64,000 nt of DNA from Utricularia gibba (Eukaryota > Plantae > Magnoliophyta): the NCBI GenBank assembly GCA_002189035.1, contig NEEC01000011.1, positions 3,100,001 through 3,164,000 on the forward strand. The letters run 5' to 3'. The notes below the pieces were generated by a model that was not told the DNA's origin, did not search any database, and saw nothing but the letters and a program-made list of their open reading frames with translations. Below are positions 11,553 through 24,210 of this stretch, in pieces. The translations under genes and the position numbers were made by a program. Position 1 is the stretch's first letter. Each line of letters starts with the position of its first letter.

Positions 11553-14372
11553 CTACTGGTGCCGATCAACCAACCCTTCGTGGAGTCTACTGAAAACCAG
11601 GTTGACAGGAATGCAAGAAACTGCAGTAGGCACATTTCCTGCTTTGATCAGGCCGTCTTCATTCCACTGGTCATGTTCTACAGGAATGGTCGAAAGGGAT
11701 CTGACCTTCAGATTGGTGGGTGCACCAAGCTTTGGCGACATCACCAAAACTCTCCTGTCCAAGGGAGGCTGAGCAGCGGCAACTGGTTTCAGGTGAACAT
11801 TTCCAACATCTGATGAAAATGGCCGCTGACTATCATGAGATGGAGCATTTTCATCGCTCTGTGCACCGAACCTTGGTGACACAAATGGCCGTGGAACACG
11901 AAAATTTGCCGTCCTACGGCCAGTCCTCCAAACAGAAGTAAGTGTAGGACTCTCCAGTGGTTCGGAGGATGAGTAACCAGTACTAGTAGAAAGAAAGGCC
12001 GGCAAGCTACCACTTTCAAGGGCTCAACTTGAATAGGATGGCCTATTACGGCATGCCCATTTAGCTTACTTGTCAATGAAATGATGGGAACATTCCTTCT
12101 GTAGCTGTTTCCATTCACCTGCAAGTCTACATCTACCAGCATGAACCTACCACCAGAAGAAGAGTTGGCCTGTGAGCCGTCCCAGTATCCATTTGTTGCA
12201 GAATGATTGTTCCGCAACCGAGGCTCAAAATCAGAGATCTCACAGGAATCAGGCATACCTTTCGGTGAATATTTAGAGAGATGGGATATTTTATCAATCA
12301 AGTCAACTTTGGATAAACTCATCCCACTGGAATTTCTGATACTTCGGTACTTCCTAGATGTTTCTGAACTCCAGGCATCCGGAGCTTTCCTCCACAAGTT
12401 CTGGTTTTTCCTTTTCCCTGTGAAGCGCCCCTTTGAAACCTCTGAACCAGATGACACATGGTTGTACACGAAACGGTGGGCTGCTCCATTACCACAAGGT
12501 TGTTGCCCATCAATATCATCAGTACTGCTAATGCTTCCATGGTCTTCATGGTCATGAATTCTCCCAGGGTATTTGGGCTGCAATTCTATGCAAGCAGAGC
12601 CATCTACAAAATTCGCGCATATCAGGTGAAGAAACAGTTCAGATCAGATAGACGAACCCAACCTTTGCAAAATTAACACAGGTTCTGTTTCAGATAGTTG
12701 GAAGAGGAATTCAGGAGGAATCACTAAACCAATAATGAAACCATGTTCTCAGAGTTAAACGTACACTACCAAGACTACAGCATATCAGCTCAAACCATCC
12801 ATGGGCATTCTCAAGTATTTTACCCGGGCATACCCGAAAGGTCAGGAAAAGCTAAAGAATATGTCCCAACTTGAGCAGGATGAGCATTCATAGGATAAAA
12901 GACTGTGAAAACTACAAAATATCTTACCAGAAAGTTGAGCAATGTCCTCATCCGTGTCTGATTCTAATGAATCTGTCTCTGAGCAATCGGTTTCAGTATC
13001 TACCGTAGACCCAGTCAACCGATCTTCACCAATATCACCAGTGTACATGATTTCTCCAACTTTTGAAACTCGAAAATCCATTGGAGAATACAGAATCTGA
13101 TTATCAGTTGAGCGGCGTGAAGAACCATTGTGCACACGTAAATATTTACTCTGCTTAGTACGAGGTGCAACTCTTGAAGACTCCTCACCTGATTTAGATG
13201 GCAAACCGAAACATAATGATCAGTTAAGCGCAAGCAACTAATATTTTTTGGAAATAACAACTAGAGGTTCAAGAGAAAGGTTGAAATGAACAAGTTACTG
13301 AGGAATCAGTAGCTACTAAGATGGTTTTACCAGATGATGGAGCAGGATGGAGAACACGGTCATGCAAACCCCTCGTCTGTGGTAGCAACCCTGCACTATC
13401 ATCTTTTGCATGCAGTTGATTTCCATCTATTAATTTCTCTTCGAAGAGCATGCTGGTCTCATTCTTCTCACAGACAGATGAACCTAGATTCCCAAATTCA
13501 GGATTATATACACGGACGCCCTTATTTTCCCTTCCATTTTCATTGTAATTTGAAGAAGTCGCCCCATCTGGTGATACTTTGCTCCTAGCCCACGACGAGT
13601 TATCTGAATTCCCATGTTTTTTCTCCACTAATTGTCTCTCCAGTTCCAGTGCATGCATGATTGCATCTTCTCGACGCGCATATTTCTCTCTCTTCTTTGG
13701 AGGCATGTCTTGAGCTGCTTCAGCCCTTTCTATACAGTCATCAAATTCACCACATCGAAATGCCTTAACACGTTTCGACTTTTCCAAATTGTACCAATCC
13801 CTGATGATAAAGATATGCCAAGAAAACCAGACATAACCACCTGCTTCGTGAAAAATCAGGACTATAAAGCACATAATAATTCTTCGATTTCTAGCAAGTT
13901 TTAACAGAAATTTCAGACGCTCATCAACATATGTGAAAATCAGTAAGGCTATGAGATTGTCGAGAGAAAGCTATAAAATTTAAGATGAATCGGAATTTGC
14001 TAGAGGTGAGAACTAAAACAACTACACTAACAGGCACGCTACAATATCTGAAGCTTCGATCACCAACAGAGATCAACTGATGCATAGGTTAAACAAAGCC
14101 TATCCACAAATAATTAGAACCAGCAATCACACAAGAAACAGTAAGCAATCCAACACAAAATATTTAGTAACATTTTGGGCTTACACACTGGCATCTTCTC
14201 TCCCCAGAAGCTTTACCGGAGTGCCAGATCGAGGAGATGTTATATGCGAAGCGGAGAGCTCATCAGGGCCCAGAATTTTTCCAGGCCACCAAGATCCATT
14301 TCGTCTCCTAACCCACACAATACTTCCCACGCTGCAATCCGTCACCCCTCCGCCTGTATCTGAGCTACCCAT
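11553..14372 (-). CDS. PWO1: PWWP-domain protein, PWO1-like, with a 1-nt frameshift near 12020
   Basis: VGSIVWVRRRNGSWWPGKIL, SPRSGTPVKLLGREDASV|DWYNLEKSKRVK, KYARREDAIMHALE; C-terminal ISLTSKLNGHAVIGHPIQ, WRTGRRTANFRVPR and CIPVNLVFSRL. Internal exon boundaries near 13330-13200 are uncertain. Confidence 0.88.
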
Positions 14373-14744
14373 CCTTCCAACCTCCCGACGCTTTTCTTTC
14401 CACTTCTATGAACACAAGTATTCTCAAAAGAAACAATCTTTCTAAACCTCAAAACATCCAATGCTTACTTTCTGCTCAACTGCTTCCGTACCCCTTGAGT
14501 CGATCTCAACCAACCTCAGTAACTGTCGCAATACCCATTCAAACTGAAACCATTTTACCAGCAGATGAACGAAGCGAGGGGGGACCAGCTAGACGTCTGA
14601 TCTGATGATCAGGGTATCTATTGGAATCAACTGATTATCTACCGCAAACCAATTGAGAGAAGCGACGATCGGCGAACGCTCTTGTCGTCGGCATTCAGAG
14701 CTCCTGAGCCAAGAAACTCGAGAATTGGCGCAATATGGGAGCGA

Positions 14745-14762
14745 TTAGGGTTAGGGTTAGGG
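14745..14762. repeat. (TTAGGG)3 telomere-like / telo-box-like tract near the PWO1-like 5' end
   Basis: ttagggttagggttaggg read directly; a further tttaggg follows within about 20 nt. Confidence 0.8.
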
Positions 14763-15133
14763 CTCCAATATTTCAGTTTTAGGGAAAAAATTTCATCTCT
14801 AGATGTAAATCTTGTCACATCACAGGGATCGCTTGGAATCGGAATTGGGGCTTCTTGAGTTTGTAGCGGCGACGACTCCGATTGAAACGATGGATACGGA
14901 AGTCGTTGCGCCGGCCGCCCTCGTGACTGATTGTACGGTCACGTGACCCGATTTCATAAAAAAATATTTAATATTTTAAAAGATAGTTGGGTTGGGGATG
15001 CAAAAAAAATTTAAAAATATTACTAAAAAATTTCTCTTGTAAAAAAAAATAGTAAGTTAACGGTAACCTAATGCAGGGGCATTCGCCGATTTCCCCCACA
15101 GGGATTTAAAAAAAAAGAAAATTATAATTAAAA

Positions 15134-15175
15134 TTTGAATTCCGGCTCCAACGGCTATATTGAGCTTCTATAAAT
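15134..15175 (+). promoter_or_regulatory. CHR-like, MSA and TATA elements upstream of the acidic protein gene
   Basis: TTTGAA at 15134-15139, TCCAACGGCT at 15147-15156 (matches MSA consensus YCYAACGGYY), and CTATAAATA near 15167. Confidence 0.55.
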
Positions 15176-15264
15176 ATCTCTCATCGCCGTTCGCAGTTGA
15201 CTAGGGTATTCAGAGGTTTTTTCTGTGAAGCAGTTTTAGATTTGAATCTCCGTTTTCATTTGCA

Positions 15265-17424
15265 ATGGATTTCTACGTGCTCACGAGAAGAGAGCTGCAG
15301 AGCCTCTGCAAACGGAACAAAATCCCTGCCAATATGACCAATGTCGCGATGGCGGAGGCTTTGGATGCGTTGGAGATGGTAAGTTTTTTTGTGGTTTTAT
15401 TGTGTGCTTCTTTCAGTGCGACGTAGTTGGGAGATTTTTCTGATTTGTGGTTCGATTTACACAAAATGAAATCTGTTTGATAGTTTCCGAGGATCTCGAT
15501 ATGATTATAAGTGTTTTATTTTTATGTTCAGTGGAATACGCTCAGTTTTGATAGAAATAGTAAACCTTGTGGTTCGCAGGTTACCGGGCTCGAGGAGATT
15601 GGACCGGGAGGATCAGATCTGATGTCTCCGTATGTTCCTACCGCTGGGAAGAGTACCGGGAGGAGGATAGCTGTTGAAAATGAACCAACAACTCAGAAGG
15701 CGACTCGTAGTACTCGGAAAATCAGCCAAAAGGATCTGGGTAACGAAGAAATTCAAACTCCCGCTGTATCACAAGCAAGACGAAGGAAAGATCAAATTGA
15801 TTCGGCTTGCGGGAACATTGATTCCCAGATGGAGAGTTGTATCGATGAGGAAGAGATTATTCAAGCCACGCCTGCAAATCTGGATGTTAATGGCCGGAGA
15901 GGAAGAGTGAAGAAAGTGGATACCGCAGTCAAGAGCGTGTATAATACACGACGATCAGCAAGGTTGGCAAAGAAGACCGGGAAACTCGATCTTGATATGA
16001 ATGAAAATACGCACCTTCCTAAAATTGATGTGGCAGCAATGGAATATATTCGAATTGTGGATGTAAAAGAAAACATCAACGAAGCGGACGAGACCTCCGT
16101 AATTACTGGTATTTTTCTGATCATGTCAAACACTGAATATGCTAAAAATGGTCTACATGTGCTATATGATTTTTGTTTCGTGTATTTTTTTTTTCAGAAC
16201 TAGATGTTTCGAAAACAGGGGAACAATGTGTCGCTGAAGGTGAACCAGAAGTTGATTCCGTGGAGCAACATGATCTGTCCACTGCAACTGCAACTGAAAC
16301 TAAGGGAATGACCATCGAAAATGTTGAAGCTGATGATACAAAACCAGTTGAGGAGCCATGTGATGCAGAAGGCCAAGAAGAAGTTGCTTCAGTGCAGGAG
16401 CAAGAGTTATCAATTGAAAATAGGGAAATGTCTGTCCAAAATGTTGAAGCTGATGATGCAAAATCAGTTGAGGAAAAATGTGATGCAGAAGGTGAAGAAG
16501 AAGTTGTTTCATTGCAGGAGCAAGAATTGTCAATTGAAAATAAGTCAATGATTCAAGAAAATGATGAAGCTGAGAATACAGAACCAGCTGTGAAGATTGC
16601 CAATGAAGCTAAAGGTGAACATCCGAAATGTGAGGATATTGGAATCACAGAAGAATCATTCACCAACTCCAATTACGATAATGGATATGAAATGGAATAC
16701 CAGGCTTGTGTCCAGTTGCATGTCAAAAATGGAGGTACTGTGACATTGCACGGAATTTGTTAGATTTCGGCTTTATGTTATCATCGTATGCCTACTCACT
16801 TTCTGTCCTTCCTGTTCATGAGCAGATATTTCTGAAAATACTGGCCTTGTTGAGATGGATCAACAGATGAATGGTGTAGCAACAGATTCCCTGATTCTCC
16901 TTTCTGATTTTGATGGAGTGGTGAATGAGGATGGAAGCATTCAGAAGAGGAAAACTTCCAGTTTCCCATTGGAAATTCTTGACAACATCCTGACGCCTCC
17001 TACTGATGAAACCAAACAAAGTTCTCTGGAGACAAATGATGAGATCGAAGGATTAGAAGCAGTTGCGGAGACTCCAGCCCTACCCAGCAAGCAAGTAAAC
17101 ACTGCCATGAAGGGTGGAGAAACCAGTTCCCTCGCTTCAATTGAAATGAATCTTGAAGCTAAGAATCAGTCTGCATCTGAGTACGGAAGGCAGCAGAATC
17201 TGAACACGCCGAAGAGAGAACCTACTACAAAGAAAAAGTTCACTCTAGTTGCATCAGACAACAAGGAGAACATTTGCAGTGGCAGTGGGACTGAGATAAA
17301 ACTTGCTCTCACTAAAGAGAGAAAGAAGATTGCAAAAAGCGCTGGTGCAAACTGGGCATCCCTGAGCCTCACACAGCTGAGAAGGGAAGTGAAAGAAGCT
17401 TTGAAAGCTCACAATCGGATCTGA
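15265..17424 (+). CDS. Uncharacterised acidic low-complexity protein with conserved SAP-like N-terminus (At5g17160/At3g03130 family), 4 exons
   Basis: Exon 1 encodes MDFYVLTRRELQSLCKRNKIPANMTNVAMAEALDALEM; downstream exons join in frame; C-terminus is SLSLTQLRREVKEALK. Confidence 0.85.
16318..16600 (+). repeat. 120-bp coding tandem repeat (two full units plus a partial third)
   Basis: atgttgaagctgatgat at 16321 and 16441 and atgatgaagctga at 16561; encodes 40-aa units of the form NVEADDxKxVEExCDAEGxEEVxSxQEQELSIEN. Confidence 0.9.
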
Positions 17425-17636
17425 ACACTGATTCTGATCTCCAAAGAACCGTCCACCCTAGAGATGCACCCTGTCTCTTCTGGTATTATGATAAACAAGT
17501 CCCTTTTATTGCCCAGTTTGCTCTTACGTGTTGTACTCAATTTCTATATTACCCGCTGGTAATGAAAGTTTGCTTTACAATTTGCTTGAGCAACTCCTCG
17601 ATTTGCACAGAATATTAGAATCATAAGGTGGGTGGT

Positions 17637-18989
17637 TTACTGGAGTCCATAGACCAACAAAGCCCCAACTCCCCCAATGCCAGCAACAAGTCCAATGATG
17701 ACTCCGATGGGAGGCAAACCTCCTCCAGCAGCCTTTCCTGTGTTAACATCATATCTTGCAAACCTCTTCTTTGGAGCCCTGCATTGTGGGCATGCATAGT
17801 CTTCTGCCTGCATTTAAAAAACTCACCATTTTTTTTTATCACAGGAAGGTTCAATAGCAGAAATTGTTGTTATACTGCATCAGCTTACCAGTTCCTCAAA
17901 AGGTTTTTGCTGTGTGTATATGTATCCGCAATCGAGGCAGATATGTGTAGCACGCTCCTGAAACATTTGAAGTCTGAGAATTTCTCCCAGGAAACATTAG
18001 TCGATAAATGAAACTGCTATCCAGTCTTGCCTTTTGAGCCTCAGTTAATTTTCTCCCAAATGCTGGGGAGCTGGACGCTTTTGAAGCCTTTTGACGTCCA
18101 CTTCAGCACCTCTGCAAGATAGCGAATCAAAAGGATGTTAACATTTACTTCTATGGGATTACTTCAAATGTTCTTGACAGGAACTTGACCTGCTGACTAT
18201 GAAGTATACTGAGTTAGGCTTGGCCTGAATGGCGGTTTTGGTGTAGCTTAGTTTATCAGCAGGCCAAAGTTCATCTCCGAAGAAGCTGCTGGTGTAAAGA
18301 ACCTGGTCCCCAGCTTTAAGCCCTGCTTTTGCTGCATTTCCACCATTTTGCACAGCCTGAACCAATCATCTAAATATTTGGAGAAGTGCACCAAAATATG
18401 TGACATGAGAACTACAGAAGGTTGTGATGCAATACTCACAGTGATGACAACCCCGCCTCCTTCCTTCTGCCCAAGTGTCAACCCCAGTGGCTTATCAACT
18501 TCGACCTCGATGGTCTTGGAAGCTGCAGACTTTCTGGCATTGATCTCAAGCACCCTTTTTCCTACATTTTTAGTGTTGGCAGCTACCAAAGAAGTGAAAG
18601 AAGCCCCTTTTGCCACCGGAATAGACAGCCCAAGGAAGCTAGTTTTCTGTTCATTTCAGAAAAAAGGGTCATTCGAAAGCAATCAAAACTCCCACAATTA
18701 GTATCAGAAAGTTACAAAATGCAATAGACATGGTAAGAACGCCCTATACGCCGGAAACTTTATCTCAATCCCATCTAACCCACTCTCTCTGAATAGGAGA
18801 TATGATTGAAAGAGCAGCATTCCTGTTCCCGGTTTCCCGCCGTTGCTGAAACGGAATCTTGTAGAAACTGTGAAGGTATATGTATCGGAGTACCTGAAAC
18901 TGTGGGGCTATCCAGCTAGTTGGGTTCTTTTTCAGATGTTGCCTGCTGAATGAAGAAGAGACACCAGCACCAGCCATTGCTGATGCCAT
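17637..18989 (-). CDS. ENH1: ENH1, plastid PDZ plus rubredoxin-like protein, with a 1-nt frameshift at 18065-18068
   Basis: PDZ segment EVEVDKPLGLTLGQK...YTSSFFGDELWPAD, rubredoxin motifs THICLDCGYIY and YACPQCRAPKKRF, C-terminal TM IGVIIGLVAGIGGVGALLVYGLQ; GC-AG intron at 17958-18030. Confidence 0.92.
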
Positions 18990-19237
18990 CGGAGTGTGTT
19001 TCAGAGTTCAAGATCGCTTTTTGTTGGAAGATGTTGAGTGGCTCGGATTTCAGGTTAAGATAACATAACATTTCAGGACTAAAATACCCTTTTCAAACCT
19101 ATGAACCACAAGTCAGTTGCTTTGGGCAAGGTTAGAAATGTAGTAGTTTTTGGGAAAATTTAAGGTTAGAACGAGATGCCTCCAGTGTAGAACATGGGAG
19201 TTGTGCAGATCCATTTGATCAATAGCCATTAGAAGAG

Positions 19238-20233
19238 ATGTGGGCTGCTGCAGTTCCATTCCCATGTTTTCTTTCTCAAACCCACATCTGCAAACCGAAA
19301 AGAAGCAGCAATGTCTCTGAATATCTTCACCAAAAGCATTCATTTCTTGATAATCAAATCCCTGTTCGCTTCTTGAGCAAACCCGTTACTTTTCGCAGCT
19401 TCTGTTTGCCTGCAAGTTCAGGGGATTCTTTGAACCATCAAAATCAAGAACTTAGCAATGTGGGTATCTCTACTGCTACCATCTCTTGTTCCCGTTCCTT
19501 TCCTAGATAATGAACCGGTTTTCTGTTTCGCTTGTTTTTGCTAGAATCAAGAGAAGAAAGGGGTATGGCAGATGTGGAAGGTAAATCCCTTTTCAATTTG
19601 GTGACTCCCATTGTTTAATTGCTTTCGTGTGTGAACATTCATGGAACCCAAGATGAAAATGGCTAAGGTTTTTGCAGGAGAACTCAGCAGAAATGAGTGC
19701 CAAGCTTGCAAAACTCGGGCTTGCAGCAGTTCTTGCTTACGGAATCTTTGATGCGGTGACATATACTAGCTTTTTTGTGCTTGCGTTTCTTGGATATGAG
19801 AAGAGCACAGGCAAGAATCCCGCTGCCAACATTAAGGCTCTTCTAGGGGTAACATTTACTTTCTTCTCCAGCCATCACATTTTGCCTGACTAGATTCTTC
19901 TCCATTAATCTCCCAAAATGAGATTCAATTGCTTCCACAAACATTAGTTGTTACTTTTGACATGGTTTTTGATGATATCACCGAGATGCTTGTGATCCTT
20001 CCTGTGACTTATAGATAGTAATCCTGATGTGGGCTGGCAACAATGTAACGAGACCATTTCGGATTGCTGGCGCAGCCGCGTTGGCACCTGTCATTGACAA
20101 AGGACTCAGGAGGATGCAGAAGTATTTCAACTTGCCTACTCTGGCCTATGCGTTTGCTCTCGTGGTGGGGGTTGTGGCTGGGATATGCTTGACCATTGTT
20201 GGCTTGCTTGTTCTCTCAAGATGGGGAAGATAG
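19238..20233 (+). CDS. Conserved plastid-targeted membrane protein of unknown function (At2g38695-like), 4 exons
   Basis: Transit-like N-terminus followed by AKLGLAAVLAYGIFDAVTYTSFF and MWAGNNVTRPFRIAGAAALAPVIDKGL; exons join in frame. Confidence 0.8.
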
Positions 20234-20421
20234 AAGTCTGTTCTCTGAATCAGATGAATTTTCAGTTTTGTCAAGTAGGTGAAAATATTTGATTCTCAAA
20301 GTTTAATTCCAGTAAATGAGAACTTAATGAGCATGCAAACTTCTTCAGTGATGGTTGCACTACAGAAAGAAAACTCGCAAAATCTCCAACCAGAAACTGA
20401 TGCATTCCAACATTTCACTTT

Positions 20422-23400
20422 TCAGTATGAAACCCATGCAGGGCCTGTGGACACCATCTCAGGCAAGAACAAGCCTGGAACTTGTTCTTTCTGGAAAAGA
20501 CCAAGGTTCTGAAGCAGCCGTTCGAATAGTTTTCCAGCGCCATATCCCATCCCGGATGCGGCAAACCCCAAGATAATGAATGTTGCTATGGATTTCAAGT
20601 AAGGCTTTGGGGGCCTCTTCACGTAGGCGTGAGCTATGGATAGAACCAATATGCACAGTAGAGAAGCTGACTCCATCACAAGGAGTTTGAGATCCTTGTC
20701 GTCGGACTTTTGGAAGGAGAAACCGTAAACAACGGGAGGGACCAATCCAAAGATGAAGTACGAGAGTATGGCAACTACCATGTGGATTATGAAGTTCCTC
20801 CTAGAGCCAAGAAGTTCACTATAACGATCCCTTGCATTGTATGCTTGACTGGAGGCCTGGGGGAAAGTGTGATCTGTTTGATCATGCTTTAGTTCCCAAA
20901 TCTGTACAAGTTTCATCATGTTAATACTAATTCTTGCAGCAGAGAGGGAGGGATGTGGTTTGACTTACGTTATGGAAAAAAACCAGGAGCCCTCCAATGA
21001 GATTGGCTGCTCCAAGTGCCAATACGTTCACTGCATATTTTCAAAAAAACAGCAACATGGTGAGAAAACAACATACTATCTCATTAGACAGACATCAAAC
21101 TTACGTGTCTCAGCATTGCCACCAGCTGCAGACGACACAACACTAAGGCTTGTGATGGACTCTGCTAGGCCACCGTATACTATACTTTTGATCACTTCAA
21201 TTCCAAGTTCCCTTCTAATTTCTATTGTTTCTTGACGGGCGGTGCTGAATTGGGCTGATGATTGAAGCGGATCTGTAGTCTGTGTTGGGAAAGGTGTGCC
21301 CTCTTGCAAGGAAGTTGATTGAGAAACCTTTTCTTCAATGATGATCACTGAATCTTTGCCTGTGTCAGATAAGAAAACTTCAATATGCTGAACAAAGAAT
21401 GTTGAGCTGAATGCTGAAGATGCGTACTCTACCTTGGGAAAGTGTAGTTACTTTGTCCACTGAAACACTACTAGTTTTCAATGAATAACTTGTGTCGACA
21501 TCGATCTTACTTTCAGGGACGATATCTCTAGACAGTTCAGAAGAGTAGACATCCCCTGCAGATCAAGGGAAGCAATTCCAACTCATTTGACATGAAGAGA
21601 GTAACATGCTTGAAAACTATGAAACGGATGGGATTACAAAAACCAACCTCTGGATAACCCTTCCTGAGAAGGTCTTTGGAGGTCCTCCGATTTACTAAAA
21701 TTCAAAGATCCCTCATTTGAGGGAGATAACACCTTTGATTCTCCTGGATGAGGAACGAAAATGGTATTTTTTCCGGGCTCACCTGCAGATATAAAAATAC
21801 TGTTCTTAGACAAAATGCCTACACATGAACATTTGGTTATTCAGTCATTTAAGTGAAGAGCATTGGATTCAAGCTATACCAACACTCAATGTTGTATCTG
21901 TTTTCACCGTAGAATCAGTTGATTCTTTTCCTGCTTGAGGTCAAGAATCACGTGAGTTTTTATAAGCAGAAACGGCTAAATGAAACGGGATAGAAACCTT
22001 TCTCAGACGCCTTGCCATGCTTATTTGATGTAAATGAAGAGATAAACCAGTGCTCCTGAATATTTGTTACTTGTTTTTCTTTGACAGTTTCTCTGCCACT
22101 TCTGTCTCCAAATAGCTTGAACTTGAACACTTGCCCTGGATATCAAAATTGAAATTATAAATTCAAGTTCGAGGTACGGCTGCTGTGTTCAGGAAAACTC
22201 TCACCATTTGGACGGAACAAGGTGAAGCATGCTAAGCATCTGAACACATCAGCTCCTTCATGCTCATCATCTCTTGCTGGTTCTTGAGCATGATTGAGAC
22301 TGCCCCCATTTTCTTCATGAACTTGATCTCCTTGTGATGGAGTAGCTGCTTTTGCATCATCTGTAGCTTCTGTTTTGTTTCGTTTAGGTTCCCTATCAGA
22401 GATTTGAACACCACGCTTTCTTCTCCGAAGAATGACTCTCCTTGTGATGCAAGATTTGCAATTAGGACAAAACAGATCGTGCGTCCTTTGCTTATGTATT
22501 ACAGTCTCAACGTCATATTCAGTTTCTTCAGCAACATCTGACTCATTCACCAGATCATCTTCTTCCCCTATGATCTCAGTGGGGAACTTAAGACCTTCAT
22601 TGATTTCTGAAGATGGATCCTGGGAAGGATCAGGCACATCTTTACCAGAAGCTCCCTGATGAACATCATTTGTCACAGTAGCTGAAAATTTCAGAACACC
22701 AGCGCTTGGAGTTGAACCACTATCTCCAGATTCTGTACTGTATTCTTCAAGTACAGAATTCATGGCTGCTTTATCGCCACTATCTCCAGATTCTGTCACA
22801 GATGAGGACTCACTACCTGAAATCATATGGCAACCATTATAAACAGAAAATCCCACCAAGCAGATAAATCAGAGAGAACAGCTTAGGCAATCTGCAGAAA
22901 ATAAGAAAACAGTTTCCCTAAGTGTGTTAATGGGTGATACCATGTAACTAGGAGAAGGTTTTTCCCAAGTATGAGTCTTTTGTAGAACATGGAAGCATCG
23001 ACACCGTATACAACTACTGACCTCGAGATCGAAAATTATAAGTTTTGCCATTCATCATCTTATGCAAATGAGGTTTATGGTTTGGAATATGATCAACAGA
23101 ACCATTTCCATATGTCCAAGTGCAGACTTGACACTTCCATATGCCTTCAGTTCAACCAAAAAAAAACATCTGTCATAGCATATAGCACACAGCGCCTAAT
23201 TCACACACACAAAGCTAGAAGTTTAATGCTGGCTTTTCATTTTTACTGCGCTTCCATGTCAGGACAAGAGTGTGCTTGCTGCTACGCTACTGTTTCTGTT
23301 ACTCCCACAGGATTGAGTTGGTGTTTTGCATGAATACAGGGTGCAGGAACAAGCAGAAACAAGGACACTATGTGCAGCAATGGCGAAAGATATCATAAAG

Positions 23401-24210
23401 CACACGGAAAACAAAGACACATGCGTTCAATAGGAACACGAAAGGGTATGCACAACAATAGCACAATCACAGAAAGCAAGCCTGAAGACTGACACGGCAC
23501 ATACGGTTTACAAGTGGAAACAAGAGTATAATGAACCCACACCTTCAACCCACAAGATGTAGTGCTTTTTCTTTCATTTGCCAAAGAAACAAAATTTCGA
23601 TACCACACAAGTGAAAGGTACATTGAGAAGTGGGCCATGGATGAGAACTCGAAGCCATTCTCATCCACTCATCATGAATAAGGGAAATACCAGTAGTTAT
23701 CTCTATATTGTCCCCATTGTTCAAGGTTCTGTATTTCAGTCTCAGATGGGGTCATCAGCAGGGATCAAGTATGGGTCTCAATGTGCTCTTCTAATAGGAA
23801 AGTTAACTCATATCATACTGAGAACCACATAACACCTTCACACAAAAAGGAAGAACACGAAAAGAACCCCAGGAACAGTAAAAGAAAACCATGACCACGC
23901 AAAAGAAACGAAATTAAAAATCAAGCCTTGATGTGGTGAGCCCACTACCTTCAGCTTTGTCGTAGAAGACAGCATTTTCTTCTGCCTGCTCCTCTTTTGG
24001 CGACTCGAATCCCTCAGAATCCCTAATGCCCTCCTTCTCATCTTCTCCGGAAGCGTTCAAGTCTTCAGCATCCTCCAACTTACTCTTCTCAGAAATCCCA
24101 TCCCGGTTCCCCACAACTTCATCGATCTTGTGTTCCCTACTTTTCCCTCGCTTCCTCACTAACAACTGTTCAGAATAGTCCTCTCTCGTCCCTACCTGCT
24201 CCTCATCCAT
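20422..24210 (-). CDS. MEBL: Membrane protein of ER body-like (VIT/CCC1 family)
   Basis: THDLFCPNCKSCITRRVILRRRKR, VFRCLACF, EVIKSIVYGGLAESITSLSVVSSAAG, NVLALGAANLIGGL, SYFIFGLVPPVVYGFSF. N-terminal exon MDEEQV...FYDKAEG at 24210; some middle exons are uncertain. Confidence 0.88.
22717..22796. repeat. 20-bp direct repeat with a 60-bp period inside the MEBL coding exon
   Basis: ccactatctccagattctgt at 22717-22736 and 22777-22796, encoding TESGDSG twice. Confidence 0.8.
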
